Origin: Candidatus Methanomethylophilaceae archaeon
GTDB taxonomy: Archaea > Thermoplasmatota > Thermoplasmata > Methanomassiliicoccales > Methanomethylophilaceae
DNA length: 64,000 nt
Direction: 5' to 3'
Assembly (NCBI GenBank): GCA_050950505.1
Contig: JBMNHS010000001.1
Span: 320,001 to 384,000, forward strand
Notes under the pieces: model-generated
What the model was told of the DNA's origin: nothing
Database searches by the model: none
What the model saw: only the letters and a program-made list of their open reading frames with translations
Translations under genes and position numbers: made by a program
Shown here: piece after piece, positions 40,645 to 50,118 of the stretch
Position numbering within the stretch: position 1 is the stretch's first letter
Layout: each line of letters opens with the position of its first letter

Positions 40645-43600
40645 CTCAAGTCCTCCAGCTGAAGCCTCATGGCGACACCAAGCGACAGCAACTCGTCCAT
40701 CAGCAGTTTGAATGCGTAGGAAGTCTGCACGAGGTGGATGTTGGTGGTGTTCTTGCACACGGGGCAGTAGATATTGCCGAATCTGTTCATGATTGCCACG
40801 TGACCGCACTTGGGATTGCCGCAGATGTGCTGCTGGGTACCGTCGGACTGATCGAGCAGACGGTCTTTGATGACCATGGCGGCTCCGTGTCCGATAAGAC
40901 AGTCACGTTCCATCTCACCGAATCTGAGACCTCCCTGTCTGGAACGTCCTTCGGTGGGCTGACGGGTCAGAATCTGAACCGGTCCTCTGGAACGCACATG
41001 GAGCTTTCCGCTGACCATGTGGTGCAGTTTTTCGAAGTAAATGACTCCGGTGTAAATGTCCATCTGAATCATGCGGCCGGTGGTTCCGTCGTACATGACT
41101 TCCCTTCCGTCTTCCTTGAAGCCGTTCCTGATGAGTCCGTCGCGGATGGATTCCTCTTTCTCTCCCGAGAAAGCGGTACCGTCCACCGTGCGTCCTTCCA
41201 TGGATCCGACCTTTCCGGCAATCATCTCAAGAATGTGACCGACGGTCATACGGGAAGGAATACCGTGAGGGTTCACGACCATGTCGGGAACGATTCCTTC
41301 GCAGGTGAAGGGCATGTCGCACTGATCCACAAGTTTTCCGATGACTCCTTTCTGTCCGAATCTCGAACAGAACTTGTCGCCGACTTCCGGGATCCTCTGA
41401 TCCCTTACCTTGACTCTGACGAAACGGGAACCGTTTTCGGAATCCGTTATCATCACGGAGTCCACGTAACCGGTTTCGCCGGGTCTGACGGTGATTGAGG
41501 TTTCCCTTCTCTTCTGGGGGGTGAGGAAATCCGTTTCCTCCTCCAGGAATCTGGGCGGCGAGGTCTTTCCGACAAGCACGTCGCTTCCTTCCACTTTCGC
41601 TTCGGGGTGAATGAGACCGTCCTCGTCCAATGAGGCGTAAGACAAATCCATACGGGCGCCGATGATGTCGTCGGCAGGGGTTTCGAAACGGTCTTCCTGA
41701 CCTCCGGGGTACCTGCGCTCTTCGGCGCGGTAAGACCTGAGGAAGGTGGAGCGGCCCATGCCTCTCTGGACCGAACTGTTGTTCACGATCAGCGCATCTT
41801 CTATGTTGTATCCGTGGTAGGAGAACACCGCGATGCAGAAGTTCTGTCCCGCCGGCCTCTGGTTGTAACCTATGAACTTCATGGTCTCGGTCTGAACCAG
41901 GGGGGACTGGGGATAATGCATCAGGTGACCTCTGGTGTCGGGTCTGATACGGTAGTTGGCGGTGGGTATTCCCAACGCCTGTTTCGCCATTGCGGCACCC
42001 ATGGTGATACGGGGGGCGGAGTTGTATTCCGGATAGGGAATGACGCCTGCGGCGACACCGAGGATGACCATGGGATCTATCTCCATGTGGGTGTAATTGG
42101 ATTTGATCTTGGAGGGAACTTCGAATTCCCCGTCGCACCAACCGCACTTGATGATTTCTCCCTCGGAATCGGTTCCGGGGTTCATCCAATCGATTTCGGT
42201 GGCGGAAATGGCGTGTCCGCAGAGTTCGCATCTGTCGGGCGCTTCAAAAGCGTCGATGAGAACAAGGAGATCTTCCTCCTCTTCGGCGTCTATCCATTCG
42301 ATGACGCCTTCCATGAACAATTCGTTCCAGCTGATTTTTCCGTCACGCATTTTCTCGATGTGCTTTCTGTTGAGCACGGTCTTGCCGTCCTTGAGTACCA
42401 GCAACGGCCGTCTGAGACGTCCTTCGTCACAGTTGATGATGATTTCGTCCATTTCGTCATCGTGACGGATGTTGATTTCGTTGGAGAGCATTCCGCGTCT
42501 CCTGCGGTCCCTGATTTGGGATACGAGGTGGGCGGGGTCTTTGTGGGTTCCCACAAGATCCCCGTTTACGAAGACCCTGGTTCCCGCGTCCTTGACGGAT
42601 CCGAGTCCCATGTCCTTGTTGAGCACCCATTTGACGTCATTGTCCGGGAATCCCTCGGAAACGTCGATGATGAGCGCGGCGTTTTTCACCAGACCGCAGT
42701 TCTGACCTTCCGGGGTTTCCGACGGGCAGAGCCTTCCCCACTGAGTGGGGTGCAGGTCACGGGCCTCGAAGTGAGGCTGGCTTCTTGTCAGGGAAGAAGT
42801 GATTCTTCTGAGATGCGATATTGCGGAGAGGTTGGAAGTTCTGTCCAAAAGCTGGGACACTCCGGCACGTCCTCCGACCCAGTTTCCGGTGGCCAGCGCA
42901 TGCAGCAATTTGTGCGTGAGCAGGTCCGGACGGATGGTGGACGCTATGTTGAGTTCGTTCCTCTTCCTTCCCCAGTTTCTTTCCAACTGGTACTTCAAAT
43001 CCTTCATCAGGCTGTTGAAGCTGGTTCTGAAGAGATCTTCCATAAGATCTCCGGAAAGTTTGAGCCTTTTGTTCGCGTAGTGGTCCTTGTCGTCTTCCTT
43101 TCTCTTTCCGACGGAAAGTTCGAGAACCGAGCGTGCGATGCGGCCCAGATAAATCGCTTTCTTCATGCGGTCGTCCGCAGTGTCCCCCAGGTGGGGGAGC
43201 AGGGAGTGATCGAGAATGCTCTCGACTTTTCTGATTCTGTATTCTTTGGCCTGACCTGCCGCGAAATTCCTTTCCAAATAGAGAATCGCATCCTCGGTGG
43301 TGTGGAATCCGTTGGGGGCGTAGGCCTTTGTGTCAAGGGAAGCCTCAAGGTTCGAATATACCAGATTGGACATGTCTTCGTCGGAAACGATGGTGTCGTA
43401 AATTTCCTGATCCGATTCCATTCCCAGGGCTTTCATGAGAGCCACCAGGGGTATCGCGCTGGATGCGACGGGGACGCTCACGACGAGCATTCCGTCCTTC
43501 TTCCTTTCCACCAGGGTCAGCGCGCGGTATCCGTCCCTCTGGGAGAACACCTTGGCGGTTTCCAGGGCGGTGCCGTACCTTTCGTTGTATTCGACCATGA

Positions 43601-44246
43601 CCCGGTTGGGTGCAAGGTCTTCCAACGTGATGAGGGCTCTTTCGGTGCCTCCGATTATGAAGTATCCTCCGGGTTCTTCCGGGTCTTCCTTGCTGTTGAT
43701 GAGAGCCTGATGATATTCTTCGTCGGTGAATTTGCCGTCGTTGGCGAATTCCATGACTTCCCTGTTGAGATTGCAGCCTTTGGCTTTGATCATCATCGGA
43801 AGGTCTCCGACCCTGATCCATTTCTCATTCTCGGGTATGGGGATGAGTTCCCCGTCCTCATAAAGATCGAAGTGCACGAAAACCGGAGACATGTAGTTCA
43901 GGTTTCTGAGCCTGGCTTCCATGGGGGTGAGTTCGTGACTGTATCCGTTGGCCTCGGTCACTTTCGGGGAGTTTATGCGCACGGTGGGCGGAGATTTGGG
44001 ATCGATTTTACCGTCATCGAGTCTTGCGCGTCCGATGCGTATTTCGATGTTTCTGCCGCCGGTGCGTTCGGGATCCAATCTTATGCATCCCCTGTCCGTG
44101 TCTTCGGTGGGCACTCTTACGTCATCCACGATTTTCTGCATCCTGCTGTTGGGGTGATCCGCGGTCGCAAGGAAATCGTTGTAAGACGACAGGTGGTGAT
44201 TGACGATGTTGCGGTCGGTAAAGTAGAGTTCTACCAGATCTCTCAT
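40641..44246 (-). CDS. rpoB: RNA polymerase subunit B (Rpo2, unsplit)
   Basis: ETPEGQNCGLVKN, GDKFCSRFGQKG, NPHGIPSRMTVG, GGLRFGEMERDC motifs. Confidence 0.99.
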   Translation of the reverse strand: MRDLVELYFTDRNIVNHHLSSYNDFLATADHPNSRMQKIVDDVRVPTEDTDRGCIRLDPERTGGRNIEIRIGRARLDDGKIDPKSPPTVRINSPKVTEANGYSHELTPMEARLRNLNYMSPVFVHFDLYEDGELIPIPENEKWIRVGDLPMMIKAKGCNLNREVMEFANDGKFTDEEYHQALINSKEDPEEPGGYFIIGGTERALITLEDLAPNRVMVEYNERYGTALETAKVFSQRDGYRALTLVERKKDGMLVVSVPVASSAIPLVALMKALGMESDQEIYDTIVSDEDMSNLVYSNLEASLDTKAYAPNGFHTTEDAILYLERNFAAGQAKEYRIRKVESILDHSLLPHLGDTADDRMKKAIYLGRIARSVLELSVGKRKEDDKDHYANKRLKLSGDLMEDLFRTSFNSLMKDLKYQLERNWGRKRNELNIASTIRPDLLTHKLLHALATGNWVGGRAGVSQLLDRTSNLSAISHLRRITSSLTRSQPHFEARDLHPTQWGRLCPSETPEGQNCGLVKNAALIIDVSEGFPDNDVKWVLNKDMGLGSVKDAGTRVFVNGDLVGTHKDPAHLVSQIRDRRRRGMLSNEINIRHDDEMDEIIINCDEGRLRRPLLVLKDGKTVLNRKHIEKMRDGKISWNELFMEGVIEWIDAEEEEDLLVLIDAFEAPDRCELCGHAISATEIDWMNPGTDSEGEIIKCGWCDGEFEVPSKIKSNYTHMEIDPMVILGVAAGVIPYPEYNSAPRITMGAAMAKQALGIPTANYRIRPDTRGHLMHYPQSPLVQTETMKFIGYNQRPAGQNFCIAVFSYHGYNIEDALIVNNSSVQRGMGRSTFLRSYRAEERRYPGGQEDRFETPADDIIGARMDLSYASLDEDGLIHPEAKVEGSDVLVGKTSPPRFLEEETDFLTPQKRRETSITVRPGETGYVDSVMITDSENGSRFVRVKVRDQRIPEVGDKFCSRFGQKGVIGKLVDQCDMPFTCEGIVPDMVVNPHGIPSRMTVGHILEMIAGKVGSMEGRTVDGTAFSGEKEESIRDGLIRNGFKEDGREVMYDGTTGRMIQMDIYTGVIYFEKLHHMVSGKLHVRSRGPVQILTRQPTEGRSRQGGLRFGEMERDCLIGHGAAMVIKDRLLDQSDGTQQHICGNPKCGHVAIMNRFGNIYCPVCKNTTNIHLVQTSYAFKLLMDELLSLGVAMRLQLEDLR

Positions 44247-44247
44247 G

Positions 44248-44544
44248 TCACTTGGCCCCCGTTACCAGTCTGTAGGCCACGAATTCTTCTGCTGTTTCGC
44301 TCTGCCTCACAATTTTTATTACACTGCCCTCTTCGATCGGGCCGTGCACTGACTCCAGAACCTTGATTCCGGCATCACTCTTTTTTATCTTCGGAAGTTG
44401 ATCGCGGGTCATACCCAATTCGTTGAGAATTTCGGTCGCGTCTTCTTCAGACAAAAGGTGATGTTCGGGTACGAGTTTGTGCTCGAGAACATTAAACGGG
44501 ATGTTATTTGTTGACAATGTTTCACCTTCTTGCTGCCCCGCCAC
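44248..44544 (-). CDS. rpoH: RNA polymerase subunit H (Rpo5)
   Basis: HKLVPEH, QLPKIKKSD, IKIVRQSETA..YRLV. Confidence 0.96.
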   Translation of the reverse strand: MAGQQEGETLSTNNIPFNVLEHKLVPEHHLLSEEDATEILNELGMTRDQLPKIKKSDAGIKVLESVHGPIEEGSVIKIVRQSETAEEFVAYRLVTGAK

Positions 44545-44633
44545 GGGATGATTGCGGGTAATTCGTTTCAGAATCTTTGAATTTCACTTTCCTCATACTT
44601 GATCCGCCGTTGATCGCTCATGAAGTCCATCAG

Positions 44634-44707
44634 CGGGCCTGAAGGGATTCGAACCCTTGACCACCTGATTAAAAGTCAGATGCTCTTCCTAGCTGAGCTA
44701 CAGGCCC
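44634..44707 (-). tRNA. tRNA-Lys(TTT)
   Basis: Reverse complement GGGCCTG...TCTGA-CTTTTAA-TCAGG...CAGGCCCG. Confidence 0.97.
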
Positions 44708-44905
44708 TTGATAGCTTAAGCTTGCAATCTGTGTTGAATTCATCCTTATATATAACTCCTTGTTTTTAAAAGACGGAATTCTTCAGATTTGCTTTAGCTG
44801 AGCAGTGTAAGAAGGAGTCTACGTTAAATATCTTCTGCATTGGAAGACGAAAACCCCACGATTTCAGAATATCTATTATAACGGAATCGCAATCGGGATT
44901 TTGTT

Positions 44906-47098
44906 ATGGTTGACCATCTTGAACTTAAAGTAGGCATGGCTCGGAGACAATCCGAAACAGGTTACGGACGGGCAAGATTGGATGCGGCCTCCCGGGCCGC
45001 TTTGAATCTGGAAATAGGCGATGCCATAGAAATCAGCGGCCGGAAGACCGTGGTCGCCAAAGTTTTCAAAGGGGATTCCGAAGACGAAGGAAGAGGGGTG
45101 ATACGCATAGACGGTCTTACCAGAACAAGTGCCGGGATCGGTGTGGACGACACCGTCAGAATAAGAAAATGCGATCCCCGTCCGGCGGAAAAGGTCATTT
45201 TGGCCCCGGACATACCCGAGGGAAAGAAAGCGGTTTACCGTGAAGGCATCGAATCGGTTTTTGTCAAAGACCTCACCGGCAGACCGTTGATAGAGGGATT
45301 GGACATTCTCCTTCCCAACGTGGCGTTGCTCGGCAACCGTTCCACATTTTCAGTCATAAGCACGGTGCCGCAGGGCCCCGTTTACGTCACTTCCGAAACC
45401 GTCATCGATCTGAAAGAAACCTCTTCGGCCGAAGTTTCCGGAAAAAGAGTGAGAAACATAACCTACGATGACGTGGGCGGACTGGACGGCGAACTCAAGA
45501 GAATAAGGGAATTGGTGGAGTTGCCGTTGAAACATCCCGAGCTTTTCGACCGGTTGGGAATCGCACCCCCCAACGGCGTGCTGATGTACGGGCCTTCGGG
45601 AACCGGAAAGACTCTGATTGCCCAAGCCGTGGCGAACGAGTCCGGAGCGTCCTTCTTCACGGTGCAGGGGCCTGAAATCATGGGAAGTTATTTCGGTCAA
45701 AGCGAAGAAAGACTCCGGGATATTTTCAAGGAAGCCACCGAAAACGCCCCGAGTATAGTTTTTCTTGACGAAATCGATTCCATCGCACCGAACCGGGATT
45801 CCGTCGTCGGCGAAACCGAGAAAAGAATCGTTGCGCAGCTGTTGACTCTGATGGACGGAATGAACGATCGGGACGGAGTCATCGTGATAGGCGCCACCAA
45901 CAGGGAAGACTCCATCGATCCCGCCCTGAGAAGGCCGGGAAGATTCGACAGAGAGGTGGAAATCGGCATCCCGGGACGGGAGGCCAGAAAAGAAATACTT
46001 GACGTTCACACGAGAAACATGCCCGTGGCCGACGACGTGGACACGGATTATCTCGCTTCAATCACTCAGGGGTTTGTCGGGGCGGACCTTGCCGCTCTGT
46101 GCCGGGAAAGCGCCATGCAATGCCTGAGTTCCAAGATGGAAGAATTGGATCTGGACAAACCCATACCTTCCGAAAAACTTGCTGAAATGAAAGTCAGCCT
46201 GAGCGATTTCACCGAGGCTTTGGCCGACGTGGAACCCAGCGGAATGCGGGAGGTTCTGGTGGAGATACCCAAAATATCCTGGGCGGACGTGGGCGGTTTG
46301 GACGAAATCAAAGAAGAAATCAGAAACGGATTCCTTCCGGGCAAAAATTCCAAGGCTTTCGAAAAATTGGGAATAGTTCCGGGCAAGGGACTTTTGCTGT
46401 ACGGACCTCCGGGAACCGGAAAAACTCTGATCGCCAAAGCCGTGGCGAACGAATCCGGGGCAAATTTCATCTCGGTGGGCGGACCCGAATTCATCAGCAA
46501 ATGGATGGGGGAAACCGAACGGGCCATAAGACAGGTTTTCAAACGCGCCAAACAGATGGCCCCCTGCATCGTGTTCTTCGACGAATTGGATTCCGTGGCT
46601 CCCCGGAGAGGGGACGGGCGGGACGGCCTCGAGGGGGCGGTGGCTCAATTGCTTACCTCCATGGACGGAATCGAATCTTTGGGAAACGTCACCGTCATGG
46701 GCGCAACCAACCGCCCGGACATGATAGACCCGGCTTTGCTGAGACCGGGAAGATTCGACAAAATGGTTCTTGTGGGAAAGCCCGATCTGAAAAGCAGACT
46801 GAGAATATTGGAAATACATACCGAAAACATGCCGTTGATAGGAATCGATCTGATTGACGTCGCCGCGGAAACCGACGGTTACGTGGGAGCGGATCTCGCC
46901 GCTCTGTGCCGGGAAGCGGGAATGGCGGCGTACCGGGAAAATCCCGATGCCGAACTCATCGGAGAAAAACATTTCAAAGCCGCGATGGAAACCGTGAAAC
47001 CTTCGGTGGACCCGGAAACCTTCAAAAGTTACGAGAACATAGGCAAGGAAATGAGGAAACGGAAAGACGGATGGGACGGGGTCCCGTTCTACGGGTGA
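44906..47098 (+). CDS. cdc48: CDC48/VAT-family AAA+ ATPase
   Basis: Two AAA modules (GPSGTGKT and GPPGTGKT; DEID and DELD; ALRRPGRFD); C-terminal FYG. Confidence 0.96.
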   Translation: MVDHLELKVGMARRQSETGYGRARLDAASRAALNLEIGDAIEISGRKTVVAKVFKGDSEDEGRGVIRIDGLTRTSAGIGVDDTVRIRKCDPRPAEKVILAPDIPEGKKAVYREGIESVFVKDLTGRPLIEGLDILLPNVALLGNRSTFSVISTVPQGPVYVTSETVIDLKETSSAEVSGKRVRNITYDDVGGLDGELKRIRELVELPLKHPELFDRLGIAPPNGVLMYGPSGTGKTLIAQAVANESGASFFTVQGPEIMGSYFGQSEERLRDIFKEATENAPSIVFLDEIDSIAPNRDSVVGETEKRIVAQLLTLMDGMNDRDGVIVIGATNREDSIDPALRRPGRFDREVEIGIPGREARKEILDVHTRNMPVADDVDTDYLASITQGFVGADLAALCRESAMQCLSSKMEELDLDKPIPSEKLAEMKVSLSDFTEALADVEPSGMREVLVEIPKISWADVGGLDEIKEEIRNGFLPGKNSKAFEKLGIVPGKGLLLYGPPGTGKTLIAKAVANESGANFISVGGPEFISKWMGETERAIRQVFKRAKQMAPCIVFFDELDSVAPRRGDGRDGLEGAVAQLLTSMDGIESLGNVTVMGATNRPDMIDPALLRPGRFDKMVLVGKPDLKSRLRILEIHTENMPLIGIDLIDVAAETDGYVGADLAALCREAGMAAYRENPDAELIGEKHFKAAMETVKPSVDPETFKSYENIGKEMRKRKDGWDGVPFYG

Positions 47099-47103
47099 TT
47101 GAC

Positions 47104-47343
47104 ATGAATGTGAAATTCTTTTCAAAGGAACTTATAGGAAAGACCGTGGAGAACATCTCCGGGAACACCGTGGGCATTTTGGACGAAATAGTTTTGGACA
47201 CCGTCGGAGGCCGGGTTAAGTATCTGCTTATCAGACCCACGGGTTCCATAATAAACAAGTCCGCCAAAGTCGACGAACACGGCCGTCTCGTGGTGGAAAC
47301 CGGGCGCATCCGTCTGGAAGGGGAACGGATAGTCATCAACTGA
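47104..47343 (+). CDS. PRC-barrel domain protein
   Basis: LIGKTVENISGNTVGILDEIVLDTVGGRVKYL pattern. Confidence 0.85.
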   Translation: MNVKFFSKELIGKTVENISGNTVGILDEIVLDTVGGRVKYLLIRPTGSIINKSAKVDEHGRLVVETGRIRLEGERIVIN

Positions 47344-48868
47344 CTTTTTTCATCATGTACGGACGCCGGAGTTCAAATCCCAGCTTTCTGTAAAATCCTC
47401 TGTCCCCGGGACCGCAGGTCACTCTCAGCAACGATGCGTCGGATTCGGAAACTATCTTTTCGGCTTCTTTCATCATAAGCATATCGTATCCTTTGTCATG
47501 CCACGAATCCTCGTCGGAAGGGGAAGACATGGTTCCGGATACTTTCACCTCTCTGACCGAAGCGATGTCCCCGTCGATTCTCAGTCTGAGATAGCTTATC
47601 ACCGAATCTTCGTATTCGTAACTTATGAAAAATTCCTTTCCTTCGGACGCTTCGTATTCGAAAACTTTCAAAGCCGCTTCTTCGGGCTCCACGGGACGGA
47701 GGCCGGTGTGACCGACTTCCCTGCATCTCAGACAGTTGCAGGTCATTCCTTCGTCGCTCATGTGTTTTCTCACGATCTGCCGGAGATTGCTGTTCATTAT
47801 CCCCGCGGCGATTTCGGTGGTGGGAATGTCGCGTTGGATTCTTTGGATTCTGACGTATTCCGGAACCGTGGATTTCATCTCGGAAAGAAGAACCGCGGCG
47901 GTTTCCGTGTCGTAGGGTTCGTATTCCCCGTTGATCCACATATCATAAAGACGGGTTCCGGGTATCACCAGCGTGGTGTAGAATTTGAAAGAATCCGGAC
48001 GGAAATCCGAATCGGAGAATATCCGTTTGAAAGATGCTTTGTCTTTCATCGGATCCGAACCGGGAAGGCCGGGCATTATGTGGTATCCCACGGGAAGACC
48101 TGATGTTTTTCCCATCCGGGTGGCGTCGATTATGTCCTGTATGCCGTGACCGCGGTTGACGGCTTCCAAGATGCCGTCGTCCAGAATCTGAACGCCGAGT
48201 TCTATCCTGGTCGCTCCCAGTTTCATCACGTTTTCCGCTTCTTCCTCATCGAAAGAATCGGGACGGGTTTCAACGGCCAGGGCGACGCATCTGTGTTCGG
48301 CGTGTTCGTTAAGGTCTTGAGCGGCTTCGAGATTCGGGGAATCCTCCCCGTTCATGGCGTCGAAACATCTCCTTACGAACCATTCCTGATAGTCTCGATC
48401 CCTGCAAGTGAAGGTTCCGCCCATGACGATCAGATCTATTTTCGAAGTGTCATGGCCTATGGCGGTCAACTGCTCTATCCGGTCCGTTACCTGAAGGTAC
48501 GGATCGTATTCGTTTCTGCCCGCCCTCCTTGCCGCAGGTTCTTTCCCGGTGTAGGATTGGGGCGAGTTCTGTTCGACCCCTCCCGGACAGAAAGTGCATT
48601 TTCCGTGGGGGCAGGGGTGAGGGGAAGACATAACCGCCACGACGGCGGTGCCGCTGGCGGTTCTCATGGGTTTTTTGATCAATAACGGCAAAAGCAGATT
48701 CCTGTCCTCATCGGCGACTTCGGCCAGAATCTCGGAATTGGGAGGGACTCTTTTGAGTCCCAGTTCGCCGCAGAGCTTGATTTTTTTGTCCTGTATCCCT
48801 CCGCGGGTACGTATTTCACCGTCTTTCACGGCCGCGATCAGACGGGTTGCCAGCTCGGGTACTTTCAT
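47336..48868 (-). CDS. elp3: Elp3-family radical SAM tRNA U34 modification enzyme
   Basis: RTASGTAVVAVM, CPHGKCTFCPGG, SYTGKEPA, MGGTF, ETRPD, RIQRDIP, CLRCREVG motifs. Confidence 0.93.
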   Translation of the reverse strand: MKVPELATRLIAAVKDGEIRTRGGIQDKKIKLCGELGLKRVPPNSEILAEVADEDRNLLLPLLIKKPMRTASGTAVVAVMSSPHPCPHGKCTFCPGGVEQNSPQSYTGKEPAARRAGRNEYDPYLQVTDRIEQLTAIGHDTSKIDLIVMGGTFTCRDRDYQEWFVRRCFDAMNGEDSPNLEAAQDLNEHAEHRCVALAVETRPDSFDEEEAENVMKLGATRIELGVQILDDGILEAVNRGHGIQDIIDATRMGKTSGLPVGYHIMPGLPGSDPMKDKASFKRIFSDSDFRPDSFKFYTTLVIPGTRLYDMWINGEYEPYDTETAAVLLSEMKSTVPEYVRIQRIQRDIPTTEIAAGIMNSNLRQIVRKHMSDEGMTCNCLRCREVGHTGLRPVEPEEAALKVFEYEASEGKEFFISYEYEDSVISYLRLRIDGDIASVREVKVSGTMSSPSDEDSWHDKGYDMLMMKEAEKIVSESDASLLRVTCGPGDRGFYRKLGFELRRPYMMKKVS

Positions 48869-49104
48869 CCGTAATAAACGTCCTTGGGGGATTCGGGTCC
48901 TTCTTCCGGGGCCTGTTGCACAAGCCTCATGATGGTGATTGATGCGGACGGAACGTAGACTTTGCCTTCTTCGTCTTTCAGAACCAAAGCCGTTTCCGTG
49001 CCTATCATGACATAACCGAGAAAGGCCCCGGTTATTTCTTCGCCGTCGACGGTGACGGTGTAGACCGAACCGGTTTTCAGTTCGTTGTTCCTGCCCTCAT
49101 TCAC
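48865..49104 (-). CDS. Small hypothetical beta-barrel protein
   Basis: 79 aa, overlapping both neighbours in one operon; beta-rich; ends DVYYG. Confidence 0.7.
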   Translation of the reverse strand: MNEGRNNELKTGSVYTVTVDGEEITGAFLGYVMIGTETALVLKDEEGKVYVPSASITIMRLVQQAPEEGPESPKDVYYG

Positions 49105-49561
49105 CGTTTTCCCTCCGTTTGACGGATAACTCCTGAAGGTGAACCGCGGTGCTTTTGTAATTTTCCATGGCCATTTTCACATTGGCTTCGGTGAAACTCC
49201 AGGCTTTTGACAGATCTCCGTATCTCAGACGGTATCCTTTTCTGGGCTGGTTTTCGAACTCCGTGTCCGCCCCTTCCATCAGATCAAGGGACTTCAGTTT
49301 GTTGATGTGCCTGTAAATTGTGGGTTTTGAGGTATCCAGCAAAATCGCCAGTTCGTCAACGGTCCAGAGCTTGTTTGGATTCGCCATAAAGAAATCCATG
49401 AACAGTCTGTACGGTACACTGTCTCGGACTCCCGTTGCGGAAGTTTTCGGATCGTATCCTTTCGGAATATACCCTATATCCGTCAAAAAAGTCTCCGCGA
49501 CAATTTCCAGATCCGGAACGGAATTCATGGGGGTGTTGCTGACAACCTGTAACGTGAACAT
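49097..49561 (-). CDS. Winged-HTH transcriptional regulator
   Basis: TVDELAILLDTSKPTIYRHINKLKSLDLME HTH. Confidence 0.85.
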   Translation of the reverse strand: MFTLQVVSNTPMNSVPDLEIVAETFLTDIGYIPKGYDPKTSATGVRDSVPYRLFMDFFMANPNKLWTVDELAILLDTSKPTIYRHINKLKSLDLMEGADTEFENQPRKGYRLRYGDLSKAWSFTEANVKMAMENYKSTAVHLQELSVKRRENGE

Positions 49562-49605
49562 ATTATCGCCTGAGCTTGATAAAGTAAAGGCGATATTTTA
49601 ATTTT

Positions 49606-50118
49606 TCAAATAATATCTTCCAAACGTTCAATGGCTTTGATTATGCTTACGGTGGGGATGACCCTTGAAACCGGAATGGTCAGAATTTTTTCCACCGTGG
49701 GGGCGACTATGGGTGCGCAGACGATTGCCAACGCTCCGTCCCTTTCGGCTCTCACCGCCGCTATTATGGCATCCTCCACGGTGTTCACGGGGTATTCCCT
49801 GAGAACCACGGTCCGCCCTCCGACTTCCGCAGCCTGGGGCATGACATCCATGGAAACGTTGGAAGCTATCACCGCAATGAAAGGTTCGTCCGCGGAACTT
49901 GTCAGTTCCCGCAGGGCTTTGATGACCCTCCTCACGGTACGTATGTTCGGTTCCCGTTGTTCTTCCAGTACTTTGTACATGGTGGACGGTGAAAGGCCTG
50001 ACAGTTCACAGAATTCGCTCAGGGACATTTCCAGCTCGTCATCGAGCATGGAACGGAGGGCTTTCTGAAACCCCCCTTCTTCCCTCAGCATTCCGGCTAT
50101 CAGGTCCTCCACTGTCAT
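49606..50118 (-). CDS. XRE-family HTH regulator with C-terminal alpha/beta domain
   Basis: SLSEFCELSGLSPSTMYKVLEEQREPNIRT; AVRAERDGALAIVCAPI. Confidence 0.85.
   Translation of the reverse strand: MTVEDLIAGMLREEGGFQKALRSMLDDELEMSLSEFCELSGLSPSTMYKVLEEQREPNIRTVRRVIKALRELTSSADEPFIAVIASNVSMDVMPQAAEVGGRTVVLREYPVNTVEDAIIAAVRAERDGALAIVCAPIVAPTVEKILTIPVSRVIPTVSIIKAIERLEDII

Noticed and set aside
44545-44633. Possible C/D-box sRNA between tRNA-Lys and rpoH (minus strand ATGAGGA...CTGA)
   Set aside because: The boxes are imperfect and there is no convincing C'/D' pair or spacing
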